64,000 nucleotides of DNA from Ramlibacter sp. (GCF_050250995.1 NZ_JBFWNP010000030.1:367-64366), one strand, 5' to 3'; counted from the stretch's first letter, positions 9,598-17,526 are shown. Program-made: numbers and translations. Notes: generated by a model not told the origin, from the sequence alone.

Positions 9598-9960
9598 ATG
9601 CAACTCGAGTACCTGCTTTTCGATACGTCCGACGAAGAGGACGGCGCCTGCAGCTTCGATGCGTTGGCATCGGTCCTTGCGACACACCGGGCGGGCCTGG
9701 GCGCCGAAGTCGAGGCGGTGCTCGGCTGGGCCTATCGCGCCTTCGGCTCTCCGTTGGCCGACCAGGACGGCGGCGACTGGGATTTCGACTTGCAGGCGGT
9801 CGACGACGATGACGAGCCGCTGGCGATCGCCTACGACGTCGCGCGCGGCCAGGTCGCCATGCCGCAAGGTTGCGGGCGCGTCACGGTGGCGCTCACCTTG
9901 AGCGGATCGCGTGCATTCGCGGACGCCTTCCGCGAGGCATTTGCGAACGATTCGGATTGA
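9598..9960 (+). CDS. Acidic hypothetical protein
   Basis: MQLEYLLFDTSDEEDGACSFDALASV...; plausible composition, no family recognised. Confidence 0.6.
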   Translation: MQLEYLLFDTSDEEDGACSFDALASVLATHRAGLGAEVEAVLGWAYRAFGSPLADQDGGDWDFDLQAVDDDDEPLAIAYDVARGQVAMPQGCGRVTVALTLSGSRAFADAFREAFANDSD

Positions 9961-9970
9961 AGGCCCGGCC

Positions 9971-10528
9971 TCAGTTCGCGCGCCGATAGTGAACGGCGAC
10001 GGCGCCGCATCGCAGTGGTTTCGAGGAAACGAGTTCGAGCTTTCGCGTACCTGGCAGCCCGTCCGCATACAGGGTCGGGCCATGCCCGGCGATTCGCGGC
10101 TGGATGAGGAACCGATACTCGTCGATCAGACCCAGCCGGTCCAGCTCGGTTGCGAGCTTGCCGCTACCGAGCAGCACGCCTTCCGGGGTCGCGTCCTTGA
10201 GCTTCAGCACGCCCGCTCGTAGGTCGCCCTCGACATGATGACTGTTCGTCCAGGCGAAGTCCTTGCGCGTCGACGACACCACGTACTTCGGCTTTGCTTC
10301 CAGCTTGACGGCCCACTCGCGTATCGCAGGCGGCGCTTCGACGTCGCCACGCGCGACGGCAGGCCAGTAGCTCTCCATCATCTCGTAGGTCACGCGCCCC
10401 CACAGCATGGCGCCGTGCTCGTCCATGAGGCGAGTGAAGAAGCCGTGCGTCTCGTCGTCGGCAATACCCTCCTGGTGGTCGACGCAGCCGTCGAGGGTGA
10501 CGTTGAGGCAAAAGGTCAGGTGTCCCAC
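9971..10528 (-). CDS. Dihydrofolate reductase-like / RibD C-terminal family protein
   Basis: GTG start; LNVTLDG, LWGRVTYEM, KYVVSST, GSGKLA, LIDEYRF. Confidence 0.88.
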   Translation of the reverse strand: MGHLTFCLNVTLDGCVDHQEGIADDETHGFFTRLMDEHGAMLWGRVTYEMMESYWPAVARGDVEAPPAIREWAVKLEAKPKYVVSSTRKDFAWTNSHHVEGDLRAGVLKLKDATPEGVLLGSGKLATELDRLGLIDEYRFLIQPRIAGHGPTLYADGLPGTRKLELVSSKPLRCGAVAVHYRRAN

Positions 10529-10561
10529 GGGGTGGAGTCTATTCGAGCGCCGTGGTCGTGG

Positions 10562-10584
10562 TGCAGCGCATCTGCGATACACTG
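10562..10584 (+). promoter_or_regulatory. TA promoter/operator, copy 2
   Basis: Identical 23-mer to 1456-1478; lies in the divergent gap with the RibD_C gene. Confidence 0.55.
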
Positions 10585-10589
10585 ACCGA

Positions 10590-10871
10590 ATGAAGAATGC
10601 CACGATCCCTTCCGTCCGCGTGGAGCCGGAATTTCGTGCCGAAGTGGAAGCCGTGCTTGGCGAGGGCGAGACATTGTCGCAGTTCGTGGAAGCATCGGTT
10701 CGTGCGGGCGTGGAGCGGCGTCGCATCCACTCGGAATTCGTCGCACGTGGCCTTCGTTCCCGCGACGCCGCTCGCAGAAGCGGTGACTACGTGGACGCCG
10801 AAGTCGTGCTCGCCGACTTGCAACGCAAGCTTGTCGCAGCTCGAAGGCGGCCAGCCCAAAAGCGCAATTGA
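10590..10871 (+). CDS. YlcI/YnfO-family antitoxin, copy 2
   Basis: Same length (93 aa) as copy 1, mostly synonymous differences. Confidence 0.8.
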   Translation: MKNATIPSVRVEPEFRAEVEAVLGEGETLSQFVEASVRAGVERRRIHSEFVARGLRSRDAARRSGDYVDAEVVLADLQRKLVAARRRPAQKRN

Positions 10872-11188
10872 CGTTCCGGGTCCGCCTTACTCGAGATGCG
10901 GCGCAGGATCTCGAGCGCCTGTTCGATTTCATCATCGAGCGAGAGATGGCGCGCGATGGCGGCGGCGACCTGGAGCTTGCTCAGCGGGCGCTCGATGCAG
11001 TCCGCGCAGGCATCGCGACATTGCAGACTTCGCCATTCACTTGCCGAAAGGCAGGCGGGAATGCATTTCTTCGTGAGCTGATCATCTCATTCGGTCGCTC
11101 TGGCTATGTCGCGCTATTCGAAATCGAGGATGCCGAGAACGTCTCGGTCGTCGCTGTTCGGCACCAGTTGGAGGACGACTACCACTAA
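10868..11188 (+). CDS. RelE/ParE-family toxin, copy 2
   Basis: Near-identical protein to 1762-2082. Confidence 0.85.
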   Translation: MTFRVRLTRDAAQDLERLFDFIIEREMARDGGGDLELAQRALDAVRAGIATLQTSPFTCRKAGGNAFLRELIISFGRSGYVALFEIEDAENVSVVAVRHQLEDDYH

Positions 11189-11332
11189 GCGCGCCGCCTG
11201 GCGTTACGAGGCATTGCAACCTCCGGCGGCGATCATCTGACGCCCCACGCCGAGCTACGATGCCAAGATGGCGGTCCATCGAGAAATCCTCGTTTCAGAC
11301 GGAGCCACCCGCATCGCCCCGACGCGAACGCG

Positions 11333-12040
11333 ATGCTGAAGATCATTCACCTCGACACCGACCTCGTCGCCATCGACAAGCCCGCGGGCCTGCTCGTACA
11401 TCCGAGCCGGCTCGACGCGCACGAGCGGGAAACGGCGCTCGCGACGCTGGAACGCCAGCTGGGCGAAAAGCTCTTTCCCGTACACCGCCTGGACAAGGCC
11501 ACGAGCGGCGTGCTTCTTTTCGCGCGCTCGGGCGAGGCAGCGCGCCACTTCGCCGCGGGCCTCGAAGCCACGGAGAAGCGCTACCTCGCGCTCGTGCGCG
11601 GCTGGCCGCCGGAGGCGGGCGCCGTCGAACACCCGCTCGCGCGGGACCCCGAGAAACCTTCGGCCGGCCAGCCTCAGCGCGAGGCGCTGACCCGCTACCA
11701 CCGCCTCGCAACGCACGAGTGGCCGTTCCGCGTGGACGAGCGCCATGCGACGACGCGCACCGCCCTGGTGGAAGCACGACCCATCACCGGCCGCCGGCAC
11801 CAGCTGCGGCGACACTTCAAGCACATCGCACACCCGATCGTCGGCGATTCGACGCATGGCAAGGGTCCGCTCAACCGCGCGGCCGCGGCTCACTTCGGCG
11901 TGCAGCGGCTGTGGCTGCACGCGCTGTCGCTGCGCCTGCCTGGCGGGTTGAGCATCCGGGCGGCGCCGGATGAGGCGTGGGGGCGGTTTCTGGCTGATGG
12001 CGATCCAGCGGTCGCGGCATCACCTGATCCGCAATATTGA
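11333..12040 (+). CDS. truC: RluA/TruC-family pseudouridine synthase (TruC-like)
   Basis: AIDKPAGLLVH, VHRLDKATSG, KRYLALVRG, TGRRHQLRRH, HPIVGD; no S4 domain. Confidence 0.7.
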   Translation: MLKIIHLDTDLVAIDKPAGLLVHPSRLDAHERETALATLERQLGEKLFPVHRLDKATSGVLLFARSGEAARHFAAGLEATEKRYLALVRGWPPEAGAVEHPLARDPEKPSAGQPQREALTRYHRLATHEWPFRVDERHATTRTALVEARPITGRRHQLRRHFKHIAHPIVGDSTHGKGPLNRAAAAHFGVQRLWLHALSLRLPGGLSIRAAPDEAWGRFLADGDPAVAASPDPQY

Positions 12041-12059
12041 GCCGCCCGCCGCCATGGGC

Positions 12060-12280
12060 CTCCCTCACGGCCCTGCAGCCGATGGACAGGTCTGGAAAGT
12101 AGGCCGGGACGAAGCTTGGCACGGACCTCGTCGAAAGAGCCTTGCACGGGCGGGTCGCCAATATCACCCACTTCGAAGACTGCACCGGAGATCGCTTGGC
12201 TACGCGCACAGGCGAGCAGCTCCTGGTCCGCGTCGATGCCGACGACCAGCGCCCCGCGCGTGACCAGATCGCGGGACTGC
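12060..12280 (-). pseudogene. Class I SAM-dependent methyltransferase fragment
   Basis: Minus strand reads RDLVTRGALVVGIDADQELLACAR...FEVGDI, then after a frameshift SFVPAYFPDL; no motif I or start recognised. Confidence 0.5.
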
Positions 12281-12413
12281 AGGCGTCAACACTCAGATGC
12301 TCTAACATGCGCGCGAGAAGGCTGCAAAAAATTGAAACCGTTGCGGAACACGCGATGCTCACAAGCGCCCGCGATTGCGCCGCCTTGCGTGAGCAGTACG
12401 TTCACCCCGCCGC

Positions 12414-13877
12414 ATGCACTTCCTGCTTGACACCAATGTCCTGATTCCGCTGGAGGATTCAGCCATTCCGCTGAGGGACAGTCTAGCCAACTTCGTTAGG
12501 TTGGCCACAGCGAACAAGCACGTGCTGGTATATCACCCGGCTTCGATCGAGGATATTGAGGAAGACAAGAACGACGCCCGCCGCGCACAGACGCTGCAGC
12601 GGCTTCGCCAGTACACGAAGCTGGAACACCGGCCGCCTTGTCCATGGAACACGCCGGATACAAAGCGCAATGATGCCGCTGACAATGAAATCCTCTACGC
12701 GCTTTCACTGCACGCAGCATCCGCGCTCGTCACGGAGGACCGGCAGATCCACGACAAGGCGAAGGCCAGAGGGCTTCTCGACCGCGTCTTTACGATCCAG
12801 ACGGCCGAAGACCTGCTGCTGCGCCTGCACGAGACGGTCGGCGTCAGACTGCCGAACATCGAGGAGGTCCCGCTCTACCAGCTGACGCCCCTGCTGGCGT
12901 CCAAGTTCTTCGACAGTCTGCGCGATAGCTACGACTTCGACCGGTGGTTTCGGCGAAAGTCTGAAGAGGGGTGTCGCGCATGGGTACATTGGGAGGCGCA
13001 GGACAGGCTTGGAGGCATCTGCATCTTTCAGCGTCAGGACAATGAGCGCATCGCGGACGGCGTCACGCTTGAGGGAGCGGCCCTCAAGCTCTCGACCTTC
13101 AAGGTGGACCCGGCCTGCCAAGGCCGCAAGGTCGGTGAACTCTTCCTGAAAGCCGCGTTTCAGTTCGCGAGCGTGAATCGCCTCCAGGACATCTTTGTCC
13201 ACGGCGACGAGGAACGTCACTACTTTCTATTTGAGATGCTCGCCGACTTCGGTTTTAAGCAGGTCGGCCACCATCCCGCATGCGGACGCCGCGACGTCGT
13301 CTACCTGAAGCATCACCCGGTTGACGCCCCTACGGCCTCGGTTCCGCCCTTCGAATACCTCCGCTCGTACTTCCCCCACTTCCGCCACGATCCGTCCGTT
13401 TCGGCATATGTTGTACCAATCCGGCCTGAATACCACGACATTCTGTTCCCGGATTTCGAAGGCGCATCGACCCAACAGCGGCACCTGTTCCAGCGCGACA
13501 ACTATGCGGGTAACGCCATCAAAATGGCCTACTTGTGCAAAGCACAGTTAAAGGCAATGAACCCCGGCGACGTCTTGCTCTTCTATCGTTCAGTGGACGA
13601 GCATGCCTTGACCAGCATCGGAGTCGTCGAGACCTACGAGACGCTGGCCGATGCCGAGGCGATCGTCGCTCGCGTAAAGCGGCGTACGGTGTATTCCCTC
13701 CCGGAGATACAGAAGATGGCAAGCAAGCCTACAAGGGTGATCCTGTTCCGGTTCGTGCGACATCTGACTCAGGCGTTGCCTCTCCAGGAATTACTGGCAC
13801 GCCGAATCCTTGGCGGGCATCCGCAGAGCATCACAAAGATTTCCCATGACAAGTTCGAAGACATCCTTTACCTTTGA
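12414..13877 (+). CDS. PIN + GNAT + PUA-like (EVE/ASCH) multidomain protein
   Basis: N-term PIN FLLDTNVL...D.EIL...LVTED; GNAT LKLSTFKV...QGRKVGELFLK, FGF; C-term PGDVLLFYRS...SIGVVE...PQSI. Confidence 0.8.
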   Translation: MHFLLDTNVLIPLEDSAIPLRDSLANFVRLATANKHVLVYHPASIEDIEEDKNDARRAQTLQRLRQYTKLEHRPPCPWNTPDTKRNDAADNEILYALSLHAASALVTEDRQIHDKAKARGLLDRVFTIQTAEDLLLRLHETVGVRLPNIEEVPLYQLTPLLASKFFDSLRDSYDFDRWFRRKSEEGCRAWVHWEAQDRLGGICIFQRQDNERIADGVTLEGAALKLSTFKVDPACQGRKVGELFLKAAFQFASVNRLQDIFVHGDEERHYFLFEMLADFGFKQVGHHPACGRRDVVYLKHHPVDAPTASVPPFEYLRSYFPHFRHDPSVSAYVVPIRPEYHDILFPDFEGASTQQRHLFQRDNYAGNAIKMAYLCKAQLKAMNPGDVLLFYRSVDEHALTSIGVVETYETLADAEAIVARVKRRTVYSLPEIQKMASKPTRVILFRFVRHLTQALPLQELLARRILGGHPQSITKISHDKFEDILYL

Positions 13878-13890
13878 GGGAGATGTCGCG

Positions 13891-14304
13891 TTGATCTCGG
13901 TTCATCCCGTCCACGTCGAGAAAATTATGTCCGGCGAAAAGAACGTGGAATTCAGACGGGTCTGGCCCACTCGAGCAATTAAGACGCTCGTCGTCTATTC
14001 CACGCATCCCGAGCAACGGCTTGCCGCAATCGTGCAGGTCGCCAACGTTGTACGTGGTTCGAAGACGGCGCTATGGCAGGTGGCCTTGGCCGAGGGCGGA
14101 GGCATCACGCGGCAAGCGCTCTCCGACTATCTGGAAGGGAAGGAGTTTGGCGTCGCTATCCGCCTGGGCGAGCGAGTGAATCTGGGCTCGGGCGTGCTCC
14201 CGAGAGAAATTTTTGGCGCGTCCTTTCGGCCCCCACAGTCGTTCCGCTATCTGTCGGATACCGAAAAGGCGAAAGTGCGTGCCGTTGTGGAGGCCGTTCG
14301 GTGA
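13891..14304 (+). CDS. ASCH-domain protein
   Basis: ISVHPVHVEKIMSGEKNVEFRR, VVYST, RPPQSFRYL; GAGGGAG SD before TTG. Confidence 0.85.
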   Translation: MISVHPVHVEKIMSGEKNVEFRRVWPTRAIKTLVVYSTHPEQRLAAIVQVANVVRGSKTALWQVALAEGGGITRQALSDYLEGKEFGVAIRLGERVNLGSGVLPREIFGASFRPPQSFRYLSDTEKAKVRAVVEAVR

Positions 14305-14482
14305 CTGTCCTCTTTGTCTTTGGGGTGCATGGGCGGGGAAAGCTCCCGCTGTGCTCAGGTCGCGCAGCTTGATGGCTGTCTGCATGTGACGGCCAGCGAG
14401 ATCATTCGCCGTGCGCGCGCACAAGTGATTGCCTCGACAGGAAAGTTTGTGGCCGATGTGGATGGCAACCAGAAACTGCTTA
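14301..14482 (+). pseudogene. P-loop NMP-kinase-like/AAA_17 protein, frameshifted and truncated
   Basis: GTG overlaps the ASCH stop. VLFVFGVHG in one frame continues as SSRCAQ...HVTASEIIR...KFVADVDGNQKLL in the next; restoring bases in the G and A runs gives GVHGAGKSS. Similarity ends near 14480. Confidence 0.65.
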
Positions 14483-14506
14483 AGGTTCTCTATCTCGGCA
14501 TCCTGA

Positions 14507-14622
14507 GACGCTTCTTCTCAATGCGTCGGATCGAGAACGATTGCGATCCCAGATCAGGCGTTCCTGCGTTCTGGGTCATACTCTGCCTCAGTGCAGAGCG
14601 ACTCGACGCTCTGCACTGAGGC
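14507..14622 (+). ncRNA. Candidate structured ncRNA upstream of the RT
   Basis: Perfect 16-bp hairpin 14585-14600/14607-14622 plus shorter stems 14507-11/14523-27, 14528-33/14544-49 and 14545-53/14570-77 (enclosing 14555-58/14563-66). Confidence 0.45.
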
Positions 14623-14665
14623 TCGGGCCTCGGCCTAAGAAGAATTGGAGCTGCACCGCATTGGT

Positions 14666-16345
14666 ATGGACCGACTCGAAAGACTCCTGAACCTGGGCTA
14701 CCTGCCGTCCCAGTTGCCGCCGGCATTCAAGTCAATCGACTTAGCGTCCCACCATGCCGGCCTGTACGCCATATGGTCCGCTATGCCTTCCAAGGCTGGT
14801 GTTCCGACATCGCCAAGGGCGAAGTCGGAATTATTCAGTGTCGCGCGGGCAGGACATCAGCGTCGAGCAACGAGCTTGCCAAACCCTATCGCTCAGACTT
14901 TTTTGAGCAAGGCAGTCGTCGACAACTGGGCCAGCATCGTCGTGCATTTCCGCCGCTCGCAGATGAGCGCGAGCCACCCCCGCTTTCGGCGCGACTCCAA
15001 TCGCGCTGCAAGCTTGCCGTCCATGCAAGGTCTGTACGAGCGACGATTGTTGCAAGGCGCTGGTTACCGGTACGTCCTCCGGACCGATATCTCACGATTC
15101 TTTCCGACTATCTACACGCACTCCATTCCGTGGGCCCTGCACGGAAAGTCGGCAGCCAAGAAGACTACGAAAGTCACGCCAAAGTTTTTTGGCAACCTGT
15201 TGGACTTGGCAATTCGCCAAGGCCAGGATGGACAGACACTCGGGCTTCCGATCGGCCCGGATACGTCGCACATCATTGCCGAGTGCATCGCGACGTCGAT
15301 CGACGTCGACCTACGGCGCAGACTGAAAACCAAACTCGCCGGCTTTCGCTACGTCGATGACTACTACCTTTTTTTCGAGACGCACGACGATGCAGAAAGG
15401 GCGCTCGCCTACTTGGTACGGAGTCTTCGCGACTTCGAACTTCAAATAAATTTCGAGAAAACTCGGATATGCCGCGTCGACGAACTGGAAGACGACTCGT
15501 GGACACTCGCCCTTCGCAGCATATCGATTGCTGCCAATGGTCAGCGACAGCGCTCCGACATCAATCACTATTTCGAGCTGGCGCGCGATCTCGCTAAGCG
15601 TCATGCAACCGACGGCGTCATGGTTTATGCCCTGCGCCGCGTCGGCTCGGTGATCTTGCGTCTACAGAACTGGGACGCATTTGAGGCACAACTTTGCTTG
15701 GTCGCAGCTGCACATCCCGTAACGCTTCAGTCGATTGCAAGGCTTCTTTCCACGTATTCAAAGTTGGGTTTCCCAATTGGAAAGCTACGCTTGACGCGAC
15801 TTTTGAACTCGATTATCGCGGAGCACGCGCCACTCGAGCACCACAGCGAGGTCGCATGGTGCCTGTGGATCTGCAAAGAGCTTGGCTTGGCAATGTCGGC
15901 CGCAAATGTCGACTCGGTGGCAGCGATGGATTCGTCAATCTGCGCGCTGATTTTGCTGGACCTCCATTCAACCGGGTGTCTACCCAAGACGCCCTCCCCC
16001 TCTCGCTGGAAGGCGTTCGAGACAACGAGCGCACTGTGGGAGGAGCAGTGGATGCTCAGCTATGAAGCTGCTGTTCGGGGATGGGGAGGCATGTCGGACG
16101 TCCACGTGAGGGCAGATCCGCATTTCGAGGAGTTGCGCACGCGCCAGGTTCGCTTCTACGACACGGGCGCATCTATGGCTCCGATCATTACCCCGAAGCC
16201 AGATGCGCTAAAGCGCTACAACTTCGACACCATCGCTCAGTTGCTGGAACTTGACGATCTACACGACGTCTTTGAATACGAGGATGAAGAGGACTCATAC
16301 GGGAACCCGATCGAGTCCGATGACGAAGACGAACACGATTTCTGA
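14666..16345 (+). CDS. UG/Abi-type (defence-associated) reverse transcriptase with C-terminal helical domain
   Basis: DISRFFPTIYTHSIPWALHG, GLPIGPDTS, RYVDDY, INFEKT; about 250 aa helical C-terminal region (HHSEVAWCLW, WMLSYE). Start may be TTG 14645. Confidence 0.88.
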   Translation: MDRLERLLNLGYLPSQLPPAFKSIDLASHHAGLYAIWSAMPSKAGVPTSPRAKSELFSVARAGHQRRATSLPNPIAQTFLSKAVVDNWASIVVHFRRSQMSASHPRFRRDSNRAASLPSMQGLYERRLLQGAGYRYVLRTDISRFFPTIYTHSIPWALHGKSAAKKTTKVTPKFFGNLLDLAIRQGQDGQTLGLPIGPDTSHIIAECIATSIDVDLRRRLKTKLAGFRYVDDYYLFFETHDDAERALAYLVRSLRDFELQINFEKTRICRVDELEDDSWTLALRSISIAANGQRQRSDINHYFELARDLAKRHATDGVMVYALRRVGSVILRLQNWDAFEAQLCLVAAAHPVTLQSIARLLSTYSKLGFPIGKLRLTRLLNSIIAEHAPLEHHSEVAWCLWICKELGLAMSAANVDSVAAMDSSICALILLDLHSTGCLPKTPSPSRWKAFETTSALWEEQWMLSYEAAVRGWGGMSDVHVRADPHFEELRTRQVRFYDTGASMAPIITPKPDALKRYNFDTIAQLLELDDLHDVFEYEDEEDSYGNPIESDDEDEHDF

Positions 16346-16346
16346 C

Positions 16347-16447
16347 CCTTTCAACTTGCCTAGGAGTGAAAGGCAGCTAAGGTAGCATGGTGTTATGCAT
16401 AGGCTGGCGAGAGGCTGCGACCTGACCTTAGGCAGACCTAGAGGTCA
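16347..16447. other. Hairpin-rich non-coding segment downstream of the RT
   Basis: CCTTTCA/TGAAAGG stem 16347-16373; TGACCT-TAGG-caga-CCTA-g-AGGTCA 16423-16447; no U-tail. Confidence 0.45.
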
Positions 16448-16630
16448 TCCTCGTGGTACTTCCGTCCCCAGTCTGAACCGCTCATCCACCGACAACTGAT
16501 CTTGCCTGAACCAACGCTGTAGCAGCGTGACGCCAGCTCTCGGCCCGCAAGCGGCCATACGCAACGCGCCCACGCCCACAGCAGGCCTGCGCCCCCGCAA
16601 TAGCCCACCCCGCCAGCGACAATCCCCACC

Positions 16631-17503
16631 ATGTCCTCCGGCATGCTCCAAGCAGCCCTCGCGTACGCGATGTGGGGCCTCTTCCCGCTCTACTTCCATC
16701 TCGTGTCGGCCGCCGGCCCGCTGGAGATCGTGCTTCATCGCGCCTTGTGGTCGCTGGTCTTCGTGCTGGCGGTGCTCGCGGTGCTGCGTCGATGGACGTG
16801 GCTGCGGGACGTCGTGCGCCACCCCCGGACGCTCGCGACCTTTGCCACCAGCGCACTGCTGCTGTCGACCAACTGGCTGGTGTACGTCTGGGCGGTGAAC
16901 AACGAGCGTGTGGTCGAGGCGAGCCTGGGCTACTTCATCACGCCGCTGATCAACGTGCTGCTCGGCTATTTCGTGCTGAAGGAGCGGCCGCGTCGGGGGC
17001 AGTGGTACGCGCTCGCGATCGCAGCGGCCGGCGTCCTGTGGCTGACCCACGTTGCCGGCTCGCTGCCATGGGTGGGGCTGATCCTCGCGGGGACGTTCGG
17101 CATCTACGGGCTGATACGCAAGACCGCTCCCCTGGGCGCGCTCGAGGGTCTGGCGCTCGAGACCTTGCTTCTCGCTCCGCTGGCGGCCGGCTTGCTCGCC
17201 TGGCGGACCGCGCACGCTGGCAGTGTCGTGTGGGGCGATCCGGCGCTGCTCGGGCTGCTGGCCCTGGCAGGACCGCTGACCGCGCTGCCGCTGCTGCTGT
17301 TTGCGGCCGGGGCGCGCCGCATCCCGATGGCCACCCTCGGCCTGCTGCAATACATCGGCCCGACGATCCAGTTCGCGCTCGGGGTGTGGCTGTTCCACGA
17401 ACCGTTCGCCGGTGCGCGTCTGGCCGGCTTTGTTCTCATCTGGCTGGCGCTGGTGATCTACACCGCGGAAGGCTGGGTGTCGCTGCGACGTCGGGATTCC
17501 TGA
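16631..17503 (+). CDS. rarD: EamA-family transporter RarD
   Basis: AYAMWGLFPLYF, ASLGYFITPL, LGLLQYIGPT. Confidence 0.92.
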   Translation: MSSGMLQAALAYAMWGLFPLYFHLVSAAGPLEIVLHRALWSLVFVLAVLAVLRRWTWLRDVVRHPRTLATFATSALLLSTNWLVYVWAVNNERVVEASLGYFITPLINVLLGYFVLKERPRRGQWYALAIAAAGVLWLTHVAGSLPWVGLILAGTFGIYGLIRKTAPLGALEGLALETLLLAPLAAGLLAWRTAHAGSVVWGDPALLGLLALAGPLTALPLLLFAAGARRIPMATLGLLQYIGPTIQFALGVWLFHEPFAGARLAGFVLIWLALVIYTAEGWVSLRRRDS

Positions 17504-17526
17504 TCGCGACGCGGCATCATTGCGGG

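Noticed and set aside
1456-11194. Composite transposon or IS pair
   Set aside because: The repeats encode TA genes, not transposases; no terminal inverted repeats or target-site duplication found.
12290-12320. CTCTAAC/GTTAGAG as an integron attC core; also GTTATGC and GCCTAGG...CTTAGGC near 16360-16435
   Set aside because: No matching RYYYAAC...GTTRRRY pair with L boxes, and no integrase in the window.
12142-12444. Plus-strand 100-aa ORF
   Set aside because: Antisense shadow of the methyltransferase remnant.
14585-14622. Shared TCAGTGC/GCACTGA arms with the repeat at 44967-44997
   Set aside because: Only 7 bp in common and different internal sequences; probably coincidence.
14485-16345. 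Classical retron, group II intron, DGR or CRISPR-RT assignment
   Set aside because: RT lacks NAxxH/VTG, maturase/HNH, TR/VR repeats and Cas1; no convincing a1/a2 inverted repeat enclosing the RNA.
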